Source: Antedon mediterranea (taxonomy: Eukaryota > Animalia > Echinodermata). Taken from it: a stretch of 64,000 nucleotides of DNA. The position numbers and the translations under genes were made by a program. The stretch lies in contig NC_092678.1 of the NCBI RefSeq assembly GCF_964355755.1, positions 23,391,365-23,455,364 of the forward strand, read 5' to 3'. Below, piece after piece: positions 1 to 12,842 of this stretch (its first letter is position 1; every line of letters begins with the position of its first letter). The notes beneath the pieces are model-generated. The model worked only from the letters and a program-made list of their open reading frames with translations, did no database searches and was not told the origin of the DNA.

Positions 1-162
1 ACACGTATGAAACGCCATATGTGCACAAATATTTATATTTTTACAAAACTCCGTCTGGAGCCCAGACTATGTTTCAGCGTGTTCCGCCATAATAAAAAGC
101 CTTACACGCTCTTTCACTATGTATTTTATTTAACATAACTAGGCCAATATGATAACTTTGAA

Positions 163-227
163 GTCACGTCACTTTGTTAAAAAGTAGACCGTACCGGAAG
201 TACCTTGCTTCAATCGGGGACTTCCCC
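163..227. promoter_or_regulatory. Cluster of E-box/CRE-like, ETS and NF-kB-like motifs (target gene probably outside the window)
   Basis: GTCACGTCAC 163-172, CCGGAAGT 194-201 and GGGGACTTCCCC 216-227 lie within 65 bp. Motif match only. Confidence 0.3.
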
Positions 228-1454
228 CTCCTGACGTTCGCGTTCGCAAAGAATGTTACCCCTACTCAGAAAAAAGGGAACTAGAATGCTCTTCGTTACG
301 TGTTTAGTAAAGAATTTATATCTCATCGTATTTTGGTATGTCGGCGTTGTTATGCAAATGAGTTTGTGCAGGTGTAGTGGGAAAGATGGTATTGTTAGTC
401 ATTCGCGGTCAACACGCCACACTGTTCAATGTCTGTGCTAAACATAACATTTACAACATCAAAAATGAGGTGACGTAAGCCTCAGAAAAATAAAAGATGT
501 TATGGTATGCTCTCTCTATAAGGACAATGAAGCTAAAATGTGCTCCTTCATTTTTTAGTACTCTTGGGTGGGCTTCTTTTCCAGATGAACTTCTTTTTTA
601 GATTACTTTCTAAATGAGGGGATCTGCTATGTTCCCGTCCGTAGAAATTGTTTTTTACATGATTTGAATAATCTTCTAATGTAAAGATCATCAACATTTT
701 CAACAGTGTGGCGTGTTTACCGCGAATGACTAACAATGCCATCTTCCCTATTACACCTGCACAAACTCATTTGCATAACAACGCAGGGCTTACCAAACTG
801 TTTAAAATAAGTACAAGGTCCCCAGAAATGACACCTATAGTATTTTGAAACATCACCTCAAAGTAACATTTAACGCGGCCGTGAGGGTAATTCAACAAAA
901 CAAAATTATGAAATACAAACAGAGCTAGCACACAAAAGCCTACTTACTAATTTTAATATTTCTATAATTTAGAAACAATTACAATTATCACCTTTGATAA
1001 TTATAATGTTAAATTTCAACTACTATCCAGATGCGAATTTTAGGTTGGGTTTTAAAAAACTTGATTTCATATGCTTCAATTTCGAAGATCTGCCTAAAAC
1101 ATATTTATTTATTTATTCTACCATAAACTTTAATTCACAACATAGTATTAGTAGGCCTGCAATAGGCCTACAATATCTTGCATAAAACGGATATTTAAAA
1201 ATACACTATAATGTGTAACGGTAGAATTATAATTATAATGTAAAAGATTAACAAAATAAAAATTGAACAGTGTTGATCGCGAATGACTAACAATACCATC
1301 TTTCCCACAGCACATGTGCACACTCATTTGCATAACAAACGCACGGCATACCAAACTACGATGAGATAAACACGTAACGAAGAGAATTTTACATTAAAAT
1401 AAATTGAGGGCGCTAAACATAAAATTTAAACCATCAAAGCAGTTGGCGAGAGCC

Positions 1455-1716
1455 AAAAAAAAAAAAGATGGTAAATGTGCTCTCCCTGCCTCAGCACTAA
1501 GGCCCTGCCACAGCCTTTTGGGGTCGTTTCCACCACATCACCAGATGCATTGATGTTGTCGCCTCATGATGTGTGGTGGAAAGGGGGACGTATGATCTGT
1601 GAACCCCAAACACAGTGGCTCGCATAGCCTTAACTCTATTCCACCGACCAGCGTGGGAATCGAACCCACGACATACGTGTGTTAACACGACGCTCAGACG
1701 ATTGAGCTAACTGATC
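1455..1716 (-). mobile_element. tRNA-derived (tRNA-Ile-like head) Pol III/SINE-like unit within the composite repeat
   Basis: Minus strand has an A-box (TAGCTCAATCG) and a B-box (GGTTCGATTCC) in a cloverleaf-like head at 1646-1716, then a ~180-nt body and an oligo-T run. Other copies at 53050-53315 and 2960-3135 (headless). Confidence 0.7.
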
Positions 1717-2551
1717 ATTTTGGTTTTAGCAAGGTTAATAAGATATTTATGACGTAATGATGAATTACGTAATACACGTATAAATAGACTATTATCAGCT
1801 GTTCAGTCATGTTTCAGTTTGTGGCTTAACGGGTAATGCTCAGTTTTGAGTGCTATCAGCTGGGGTTCAAACCTCGACGGGTATTTTTTTTATGAATATT
1901 GGTTTTTTTTAAACATTTTGTATGGCATTCACTTTTTCATTAAATAGACACCATAAAACCCCAAAAAGAGTTCCTCATTTTTTAGTACTCTTGGGTACGA
2001 TGGGCTTCTTTTCAACGGGTAAGATTCTTTTCCGCATGGGGTTCTTTTCAAGATTACTTTTGCAAACTAAAGGAGGGGAGCTTCTAGGTTCCAGCCCGGA
2101 AAATTGTATCTTTACATGATTTGAATTTCTAATATAAAGATTAAATCAAAATTTAACTTTTAAATTTAATTTTGTGGCGTGTTCACCGCGAATGACTTAC
2201 AATACCATCTTCCCCATTCCACCTGCACCAACTCATTTGCATAATAACGCACGGCATACCAAACTGTTTTATTTGTATAGGGGTCGCAGTCAATGGGTTG
2301 GTTGGGTGGCCAGGCTGCTATTCTTCATCATTTTCATTGTAAGTTGTTTTGATTTCTCATTATCAATTATTCACTTTTAAATGAATTAAAATTCATTTAA
2401 TTTATTCATGCACAGTAGTAAAATGTAGTACATGGTTTGAAATCATTTTCGTTTGTTCAAAGTTGAAAATTCACAAAAAAATTGTGAAATTATTTATTAC
2501 AATAATGCATAATTAATTAATAAAGAGAATAAACTAGCCAGGCGGGGGAAG

Positions 2552-2865
2552 ATATTTTTTTTCGTACATAAGTTGGGGACCCCATGTGAAAGATAGCCGA
2601 ACTACTTCCTAAATATAACTAAACCTAACCCTCTTAATAATCTCTCTCTCTCACTATAAAGTAAAAGAAGTAGCTCATGGGAATCGAACCCCATACATCG
2701 ACGTGTAAAGTCCATAGTCTTATCCACTCGACTACACAGTTTGCATTAGCGAATTGTTAGTTACCTTAATTCTTACATCACACCTTATGGATATGACTAA
2801 TGAATATTCATGTATATTTTGTGACGTTTCACGAGGGTCCCCAACTTATGTACGAAAAGAAATAT
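2552..2865. mobile_element. MITE-like element with ~30-bp terminal inverted repeats enclosing a degenerate tRNA-like segment
   Basis: ttcgtacataagttggggaccc (~2561-2582) is the reverse complement of gggtccccaacttatgtacgaa (~2835-2856). Internal B-box GGGTTCGATTCCC on the minus strand at about 2680-2690. Confidence 0.6.
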
Positions 2866-5800
2866 CGCAGGCGGGAGAATCGGCATCTATTTATTTGTTC
2901 CTAATTTCTGACATACTGTACATAAAATTTACGAGATCGAAAGGAGACGGGAAGCCACAGAAAAAAAAAATTATGGTGTGCTCCCTTGCCTCTAGCACGG
3001 TAACAGCCTTGGGGGTACCACACATCAGATGCTTTGATGTTTTCGCCTCATGATGTGTGGTGGAAAGGGGGACGTTTAAATCTGTGAACCCCAAACACAC
3101 AGAAGCTCGCATAGCTTTAACTCTTTTCCACCGAGTATTGTCACCCTTAATTACTCGTGTACATTGTGACATAACGGGTAGTGCACTAGTAACTATCGTT
3201 GGATTCTCTCAGCTCTACTAGCAGGGGTTCAAATCTCTACGGATTTCTCTTTTTTTTTATAAATAAAATATCTTTTTCTTTTATTTTTAAAGAGAGATAT
3301 TTAGAGAGTCAAGTTAATTTAGTATAGGCAGGGGCTGGTCCTGTAGACTTATAATTTCGTTTAATATTTTAATGTATGCGAAAATAATAAATATGTAGTA
3401 AAAAAATCAAAAGTTTGTTTGAAGTTGAGATAACATAACGTCACATGTCGACAGGGAGGACATCATTTGAGGGCTCGCTCACCGCGCGCCACTCTCGGTA
3501 CGTCAAAAAGTATACGATCTTTGGTTACCTTAAATGACGTCACAGATAGTGTTTTATTGTGGTTTTATTATAAAAAAAATAAACGCAAGCATGAATTAAC
3601 TTAGTTTAATTGTATATTAAATTAATTAATTTTATATTTTATTATAGTAATTTTGATTTTATTGATTAATATACAGTATTTATAATTTATTGAATTTAGG
3701 AACATTTTTATATTCATGATGACGTAACACAAGTAAAAAAAAAGCCGGCTTGTTGCATGCTTCTTGATGTTGGTGGCGCAAACACGCAAAGCAACACAAC
3801 GTCACAGTCAGCCATGCGCCTGTTGTCAGAAAAATATTGTATACGATTTTTACCGTTAAAATTGTTCTTAAAATTCAGCTTGTTCAAAACAACAGTTGTA
3901 TTTTGCTGTCTTTATTAATACTGTTCAATGAAGACTGTTTTATTTTATTTCTTTTGGCCAAAAAATCAAAAGAAATAACTGGCTTGCTAGCGTACGGGTT
4001 TCTAAATTGAAACTCGCCGCCCATTTTTCTTTTTCCCCGCTTGGCGTCCGCTGTGGTAGACAGGCCTAGCCTGGCTACCTGGTGGGATAAACATTTTTGC
4101 GGTTTAAAGTCGTGTATGGTGTTTGTTGGTGGGGTGCTGATTTGCTGTGTACGTTGTAAAAATGATACATGATCTTATTTGATCAGGCTTTGCTCCTGAA
4201 ATGATAATAATTCGAGATGCTGTGAGCTCTTTTTGAGTGATGAACAGTTCTCAGGCTTTGGAAATGATGATATGTGAATGGATAAATGAGTGGTATACAA
4301 TTGTTTCAATTTAACCACTTTGAATGAAATACATAACTGATCCACTAAACAGCCACTTCATATCAAAATAAACTAAAGCTCTGTCCACACTATCAAATTT
4401 TATGTGATCAAAAATGTGATGTTCCATATATGACATGATGATTTCATATAACTACCATTGGGCACATCAAATTTTTCTTGAACTAATAACAAAAATTAGT
4501 CTTCAACAAATTTGTTTGGGAAACCATAATTACCGTACTTCCACAATCCAACCTACATCAGCGTTGGTGCAAATTGTTTTTTGAGGATATTGTAGGTTGG
4601 TTTTGTGGAAGTTCCTTATATTGTTAATTTTCTGGTGTAATTGTTTCTCTTGTTTTTTTTTTGTATGATTGATTCGTATATGGATGTACTATCTGAAATA
4701 AAGAAATGAATAAATACATGCATACGTTGTGTCCATACAATCCTATACTGTATGTATACTGTATGTTCCTGTAAATGAGTCAAAAACACTAAATAAATAA
4801 AGGTCAACTTTTAGTTAAGCCAGTTGACAAGTACTTACTTACTACGTTTCAGCTACTCAGTAAATAGACACTTGATTGCTACGTTTCAGCTACTTTCAGT
4901 AAATAGACACTTGATTGAATTAAATAAGACTTTATTGCATTGGTAACGGTTTGTGGGTCAGAATTGTATTTAACGCTTAAAAAATTGCATTAATTATAAA
5001 TAATAAAATCTATAATAAAAAAATGGGCTGTATATAATAACATATTTGGATTTAGTATTTTGTTTTAAACAGGTACCTGCTCTTAATACTCAATTGTAAA
5101 TATACCCTGTTAAGTTTGCGGTAAGAATTTCTAAATAATAGGTTTTACCATGTCCACAGCTACCATAAAAAAATGGAATGTATGGAAATTGGCAGCAAAT
5201 ACTGTTTTATAAATTAAACTTTAAAAAAAGAAAAGGGGTCTTTTTGTATCAAATTTACCATTTAAACATATACTTTTTAGGTATAACATAGATATCTCCT
5301 GTATATGTTTGTCTATGGGTTTGTTCAGGTTTAGTTATTTACCCGGATAAGTTGGTTTCATGAGCAAATTTATCGCTAACTTTGGTGAGTAGGAACATAC
5401 TTCCATGGATAAATAACTAGGCCCATGTTTTGCCAATACCTTCTGTATTTACACTTAAACAGTTATCTTTACAGCATACATATTTTGTTGGGAGAAACCT
5501 GTGTGAACTACCTTCACAGCATACATATTTTGTTGGTACAAACCTGTGTCCGGTACGGTTAAAATTTCAGCTTGTATATATGACATGGACTGGGTACACA
5601 ATGCTAACTTACTCCATCATCTAACACTGATCATTGGTGTAATATATGCACATTTACATGAATCTATTATCTAGTAAAATCTATATAGTTATCTATTAAA
5701 ACAGTACTATATTTCAATCATGGTTAATTACCATCTTTTGGTTCGTAAAACCATAGAAAATTAAAACTAATTTCTTTTACAACATGTTACAACTAGTAAT

Positions 5801-6141
5801 ACATTTACTACACTCATCTGTACACTAATACAGACTAAAATATATATTATTTATATCACGTTTACAAATATATACTCATTACTTTTTTGTGGCAACATTG
5901 TCATCAATTATATATAAACATAAAGGTCTATCCACACTATCAAACTTTATGTGGCAAAAAAAAAATGCCCATATATGGACATGATGATGTCATATCACTA
6001 CCATATTTGAGCACATCACACTTTTTTGTCAACTAGTTTTTTGATAGTGTAGTAAGAGTATTTTTAGATCTCTAACTTGTAAGCTCAACCTATGCAAGGA
6101 TGGCAGAACAGACCGTAAAATACTAACATATTGTAGTATTA

Positions 6142-9100
6142 TCAAACGGATGAGAAATCCCAGAGTTTGACCGTCCTATCATACGATCCAGATACAATTT
6201 TACTATCGTTAAACTGAAGACAAGTTACGCCGTCTGTATGATTGCGCAATGTCACCAGCCGCTCGCCAGTTTCTATATTCCAAACTTTCAACGTCTTATC
6301 GTCTGCGGCACTAACAACACGCCACCGATCAATCTGTAAACATCTGAAAGATACCAATCCACAATTGATGATTAATAATGATCGAAGCACTGAACCGTGA
6401 CTTGCTTTTATTATCAATAAGAAGATTATTTATTTATTGGGAATTGCAATTTGCAAGCAGGCATATACGGTAAAGATCAATATTATTAAGATTCTACCCT
6501 AAACAAGGTTTTGAATTCATCTAGGATCCTCAAACCTGGAAATCCTTAATCAAAATACTTTCCAGTATTTCAAGATTCAATTTATTGTCACATAATATTA
6601 CATACATGAAATTTGTTTTCCTGAGAAACATAAATACAATACTGTACAATTTAAAACACAATAAACACCTTAATTGCAGGGAAGGGGTCTTTAACTAATT
6701 ATCTTGAAAAATGTACATTAAATAGATGACAAGCAAAAAACAATTTTTACAAAACTTTGACATACCTGACAACACCAGTGTGCCCTTCACCGTGAGCCCA
6801 GTCTAATGTACTGGTACAGTCACCAACATGTATATCCCAAAACTTGATGTTACAGTCCAGTGAACCACTAACGATCTTGTTCGAATCAAATTGAAGACAT
6901 GTTACAGCATCATGGTGTCCTTCTAAGCTCATTACACACATTCCTGTCGTCAAATTCCATATCTTGAAAACAATTATAAAAGTTTTAAATGCATCAAATA
7001 GGAGATGTTTGTTTATAGTAGGTAGTTTATATTGTTGAATGGATTGTAAATTAACAATTTGGTCGTTTGTTCGAGTCTATACAAAGCTAGTAGACGTACC
7101 TTAATAGTTTTATCTGCGGACCCTGAAATAATTTTGTTCTCATCAAATTGTAGACAAAGAACAGCAGCAGTGTGTCCCCTAATGAAAAAAAAAATAAAGA
7201 TATTGATGATGCTAATACGACAAGTTAGAAAGATAAGAAACAAGACTATAGTATGTGTGATCATTTACATTAAAGTTAAACTGCTCGATGTTAAACTTAT
7301 TAATTTAGTTGACATCTCACTTTACGCACCTTAGTGTTAACCGGCAGTCTCCGCTACGTATATCCCAAACTTTTAACGTGTGATCATACGAACCACTAAC
7401 AACTTTCTCGTCATCGACTTGTAAGCATCGGACCGTCTGTTGATGACCAATCATGGTCTTTCGACAAGCAATGCTTGACCATCGGCTATGCATGGATAAA
7501 TCCCACACCTGTTGTGTATAAAAAAGTTAAACGGTCAATGTTAATCTATTGCCTTAAGCTCTGTCTACACTATCAAACATTATGTAATGTGCCCATATAT
7601 GGACATGATGATGTCATATCACTACCATATTTGAGCATATCACTACCATATTTGGGCACATCATACTTTTTTATCAAACTAGTTTGATAGTGTAGACAGA
7701 ACTTAAGATAAGTATTACAGTCAAATAAGCAAGTCAACAAACAAAATGTGAAACTTGCCTTGATTGACCGGTCTGTTGAGCCACTGACCAATCTATTCCC
7801 TTCCAAATGAAGACATCGGACAGTCCCGGAGTGACCAACAAGGGTCTGTACTGACCAAGGAGTGTTGGTTCTGATGTTCCATACCTAATAGAATAAAGTA
7901 GATACTAGTATATTTAGTCATACCTGTGAGGCTATAGTAGTAAGTATAGTGTTTGGTATGCCACTCAATTTCTGATAAATTGTATTGCTGAATGTTCTGT
8001 AGCTTGTAAAGTAAAAGCGAGTCCTAATATTCATTCTTAGCATAGGAGAATGAACTGTATTATGTGGTACAGTACTAGGGTGGCCAGTAGGAGCCGATTG
8101 GAATGGGAGTCGTACAGGAATTGAACCCAGATCTTTCACTATGATAAACAAGCACCCTAACCACTCGTCTACCACATCTTTTCTTTTACCTACCTTAATG
8201 GAACTGTCTGTGGAGCCACTAACAATTCTAGTATCATCAAATTGAACGCACGATATACCCTCTGTGTGACCCTCGAATGTACGTACAGAACAAAGACCTT
8301 TCAGCCAGTTGCGACGCAATCGGTACCGCTCAGCAAAGACCTCCTTCCACTAAAGATAAAATAATGATACATAACTAGTCTTAAACTATTATATAAGTAT
8401 ATCATAATTATAATATTGTATAAGTATTGGTTCAGACTGAAATATATGTTGTGGTATGCTCACAGTACATACAAAAAATGAAACTAAAAATCACCCTTAT
8501 TGTTGAAGACATGTGGTTGATCATCTGTTTGTGTTCTTCTGCCCGCGACAATTGCCATTTAGGAAGACGACAGAGTCTTTGCCATATGTACGGGTATGTA
8601 GTCAACTCATACCACATTTTACTCACTTGAGAACAAGCGCTCAATGTTACTGAAATAATGAAAACAATAAATGGTAACATTTGTCATGAAACAATAAGGA
8701 AAGGTTTGGGAGCAATCAACTCAAGAAAAATGGATAAAAATCTTACCTGGATCAAGGAAAGACAAAACATGAAGAGAAAGTTGTGCGGGTAACCATGACA
8801 ACAGATCCTGACAATTGTGCGGACATGTTTGATGGAGAATTGGTTCCATTAACACTGACAACATGTGCATCTGAGGTAGTTCACATAATTCCTGATAAAT
8901 AAAAGCAATTCATCATCAAATTAACTTCTATACAACAATGATAATTTTAATACAATTTTGTTTACTGTTAATTTAATGTGTTTTGAATAAATGAAATGGA
9001 AGTTAAACACATGCAAAGGATTCAGGAGATACTATTATTAAATACCGTAGTTCTTACTTACCAACAATCTTTTCATCATAGAGTTTTTCTGTTGATCATT

Positions 9101-10642
9101 AAACTCTTTGAACCAGCTCAACGTAGTCTGAAAAAAAATACAAAGAAAGTGTCATGAAAATGATGAACATTTTTGTCACTGATGAGGGCATTCTATGGAT
9201 GTTCCATTAAAAGGTACGGGTCTCTAAATGTTAACTGAAATCTTTACAATGACGGTGGGTAAGAGGATCATCAACTACCGATACCAGGGTTCAAACCCTG
9301 CCAGATGTCATGATTTGTGTCCTCATGAGAATACTCATCTCCGTTCCTAAAGACTTAAGTTACTTTTGTATATTAAATTATAGTGTAATGGTTATCTTAT
9401 ACAGTGTATATATATTAAAAAAATATATATATTATTAATCAATACCTCCATTCGTTCTTTGAAAACTTTTCCATCAATTCCTTTATTAGATTCCTTATGT
9501 TTACTCATTGCCACTCGTCTACTAAGACAAACATGTTGTCTTGACTCCGTCTCACTGATACCACAATCATCAAACTGCATTCTATAAGATGGTTTTCTTG
9601 TACCATTACACAGACTCTTTGAGCGTTCTACGGGTTTAGTCTCTCTATATTTCCTCGACGTCGTTGATTGTTTGTGCTCTTCACTAGATCTATTTACAAT
9701 CGTCAATCCACAATTTTGTTTCTCTAATTTCTGAAATTCTTTTAGAAGATTAACTAATGTAGACCCTGTGGGTAGACTCCTCGATTTCATTGCATGTTCT
9801 TCATATTTTAAATACCTACAATCGTCCATTTCAAGACTATTGTAAGAGTTACTGGGTCTTTTTCTAGAAAGTCTATTTCGTACACATCTACTTTGCCCAG
9901 AGTCACTAGGAGTCTTTGGTAGTACCATATGAGACAGGGGAGCGGACAGCTTTTTTCCTGGGAACGAAGTGGCTTGCGATAAGGTAAGGGATGTCTTTAA
10001 TGGGCATGAGCGCTTTCTAGGCCAGCTACCTATACTTCTTTCACTATGCCGACAAGAGCAACAAGAAGGACAGTGACATATATCATCTAGAGCTTCATCA
10101 TCACTATTCTCAGTACTGTCCATGTTTACATCTACAAGACTTTCATTTGCTATTTTATGACGAGTATTACTAACTGGGAGACTTTGCGTTTTTCTATTAT
10201 AAATATAAGGTGATTTCTGACTGTGGTATAACGCGCATTCTCTCCTAAACAGTGCTTTAACCACACTAGGTTTTACACAGTTCTGATACAACACTTGGCT
10301 GTTTACAGTTGAGGATCTGTTTCTAGGTTTAGGTTTCACACTTCTTATATATACTTCTCCTTCTTCGCTGCTAGAACTACAATCTGATAAGGGGCGACTG
10401 AACACCGGCGGAGACAAACTGGAAACAGATGAATTGTCGAATACTGCATCTTCTTGAGGGCAGCAGGATCCTGGGTAGCCATCCTCTCCTAACGAAGCAT
10501 TTTCTGTCTGACTTTCTCTACTTCCTCTCGATTTTCTAGTGAACCATGAAACTTTATCCCAAACTCTGTTCTTTCCTTTTGTCTGTCGGGGTTTGTTACT
10601 AGCGCCATCAGAGTCACTGTTGCCAGAATCCCCTATTTCCAT
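6142..10642 (-). CDS. F-box/WD40-repeat protein (SCF substrate receptor, beta-TrCP/FBXW7/Met30-like architecture), ~833 aa
   Basis: In-frame exons 10642-9446, 9127-9062, 8891-8747, 8649-8495, 8349-8194, 7884-7759 (GC donor), 7508-7330, 7178-7100, 6962-6766, 6343-6142. F-box [20 protein letters not shown]...CSQVSKMW is followed by WD40 repeats (GH...VxCLQFD..KIVSGSxDxTIKVWD). Long Ser-rich N-terminus. Probable non-coding first exon near 11214-11300. Confidence 0.9.
7557..7703. mobile_element. PIF/Harbinger-like MITE family A (representative copy)
   Basis: TIRs AGCTCTGTCTACACTATCAAAC...GTTTGATAGTGTAGACAGA(G/A)CT, flanked by TTA and TAA. Other copies at about 4377-4485, 5924-6060, 14141-14256, 20456-20584, 25965-26111, 28180-28270, 30441-30582 and 60210-60304, plus those listed separately. 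Confidence 0.85.
8090..8180 (-). mobile_element. Degenerate tRNA-derived SINE head in an intron
   Basis: Minus strand GTGGTAGACGAGTGGTTAGGG (A-box) ... GGGTTCAATTCC (B-box). Similar heads at about 9245-9360 (+), 14645-14880 (+) and 63700-63775 (-). Confidence 0.5.
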
Positions 10643-11931
10643 AGTATGTTTGTCAAATCTAAACAAATTATAACATAAACATTTCAAATGTCAATAAATG
10701 CAGGTTAATAATTGATAATTATAATACAATAATTTGGTGATTGTCAATTCAAATCCAAGAACCACACCTACTGTCTTAGCTAGCTAGGCCAAGATATATA
10801 TTTAAAAAAAATCAGTGTCAGTGAGTGAGGCAGAGCTCTGTTCTTTTTTACACGACTGTCACGTCAGTGTGTGACACCACCAACGACGCCTGCACAACAG
10901 GCCTAGTTAGGCTAGACATTAATTGATGACCTTCTCTCTGCTGGCAGTCTACCTACCTGGCTAGCCTTCTTTATCCCAGGTATGCACCTAATCAGAGAGA
11001 GTGAGACTTGGCATACCTAGGCCTACTAGAAGCTAAGGAGGCCTAGCCTAGTAGGCCTACATTTTCTAGACAGAGAGAGAAGGGTGCAGACCAGGCTAGA
11101 TAAATTAGTGGCTAGCTAGCCTAATTAACCTAGCTAGGCCTAGATGATGATAGATTTATAGAACATCTTGAATATATGGTTAGGCACAGGATTAGTTTAA
11201 ATAATTAAATTACCCAAACAAAAAGCCGGGTCTCAGGTCTCACCAGCAGCTAACCGCGGGCGGCCATCATCATCAATCACAAAAAAACAACTTTCTAGGC
11301 CTATATTATTTTAAAATAGCGAAACGACATTGTCACAATGCGGTCTGTGATGATGTCATGTTTTATGGATCGTATTTTACCAACTGTCTGGATATTATTT
11401 TCATGATCGCAAAAATAACTAAAGATATACTGTAATACTGAAAAAAAAAATTTATTTAAAAAAAAAATATTATATGCCATTTTAAAGTCACACAGTAGTT
11501 ATTCACTTTGACCACCAAAAATTAGATCAAGAAAAAGCGATTATTTGAATGAAACTAAGGCTACGCCCGCCCGGTTGGATTTTATCATAAAATGTTTATG
11601 CTAATATTTAATGTTTTGATATTTAAATGTACATTTTATACATTTTTAATGTGAAAAAATAAAAATACTGATTAGATTTATTATGAAACTGGTAAGACCG
11701 CCGTCTATATGATTAGACGAGTACGATGGCGTTGAATGTGTTGACGAATTAAAAGTACAGTAAAGAGATATTTTACTGATATAGTTTTTAATTTGTTTCT
11801 AAAGAAAATATACTATATAAGTTAAATTTACCACTAGAGCTCAGCATTAACACGCACTAATTGATATCATCCTAATACGGTAGGCCTACGGTAGGCTTGT
11901 ACGATATATTATATCGTACAAGCCTACCGTA

Positions 11932-12570
11932 CAAATATCTGGGTTGTATAATTGACAATAAGCTAAATTGGATAAATAATGTAAATAAAGCCACATGCAA
12001 AGCCAACCAAATGATGTTTATTTTAAGAAAAATGAAGTACCTACAAATTGACAAAACTATACTTAAATTGTTTTATAACTCTGTAATTCTCAGTGTAATA
12101 CTTTTTTGTAATGTTTGTTTTTATGGTAATACAATGCAAAAAGATAAAATTAAACTTAATCGAATAGGAAATAGAGCAATTAGACTAGTAGGAGAGCACT
12201 TACCTGATGTTGAATCCTTGTATAAAGAAAATGTGTTAAAAAAAGTAAAAAGTATCATTGATGATGAAACACATCCTCTTCACAAACAATTCTGGCATAA
12301 GACTACGTGCACTTAATACCAAAACAAAACGGTTTAGGTGCTCGTTTGTAGCCTACCTAATGCTATACACTTATATAACTCCAGAGTACAAAGGTAAAAT
12401 GTAACCGATAATTTTTATCTAATTTTAACAATTTTTAGCCTCTTAACTTTTTGTGTGTGTTTTTGTAAATTGTATTTTATATTTTTGTATTTTGCCAGTT
12501 TTCAAATCACATTTCTGTTTTTTAAATGGACAATAAAGTATATATGACTATGACTATGACTATGACTATA
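11932..12570 (+). mobile_element. 5'-truncated non-LTR retrotransposon (LINE, CR1/L2/Rex-Babar-like) 3' fragment
   Basis: The ORF reads YKYLGCIIDNKLNW...ILRKMK...LFYNSVILSVILF...HPLH, typical of the RT C-terminal region, then frameshifts. It is followed by a T-rich 3' UTR, AATAAA and a (TATGAC)n tail at 12543-12570. Confidence 0.8.
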
Positions 12571-12814
12571 CCACCGTGCCGCGTAGATTATTTAGTATAG
12601 TAATAGTAGTATAGGTCTATGACACCGCGCACGCAAGAGATGCTTAGCGCGCGCACACTGTGTATAAATCGCATAATTACATTATTCAATGTAAGAAAGG
12701 CTTTTGTCTACAATTTTTAACATTAATATATAGATAGGCCTATTGCTGCATTGTTGTGATTGTATAGACAAATTTGACAGGACTTTTGAAGTGTTTATAG
12801 GCCTAACCGATTAT

Positions 12815-12842
12815 CGGAAGTCACGTGACTCGGGGAATTTCC
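12815..12842. promoter_or_regulatory. Adjacent ETS, CLEAR/E-box and NF-kB motifs, candidate TLR promoter
   Basis: CGGAAGT 12815-12821, GTCACGTGAC 12820-12829 and GGGGAATTTCC 12832-12842 sit at the start of a CpG-richer island about 2.5 kb upstream of the TLR ORF. Confidence 0.5.

Larger units (their letters stand above)
287..3300. repeat. Patchwork of fragments of a dispersed composite repeat, in both orientations
   Basis: The block cgcgaatgactaacaataccatctt...ctcatttgcataac recurs at about 287-420 (inverted), 705-800, 1270-1360 and 2175-2270. Positions ~930-1900 align colinearly with ~52680-53500. Confidence 0.8.

Noticed and set aside
253-5624. Short 60-99 aa ORFs in the first 5.6 kb
   Set aside because: They lie in repeats or AT-rich DNA, have no recognisable domain, and show no exon structure.
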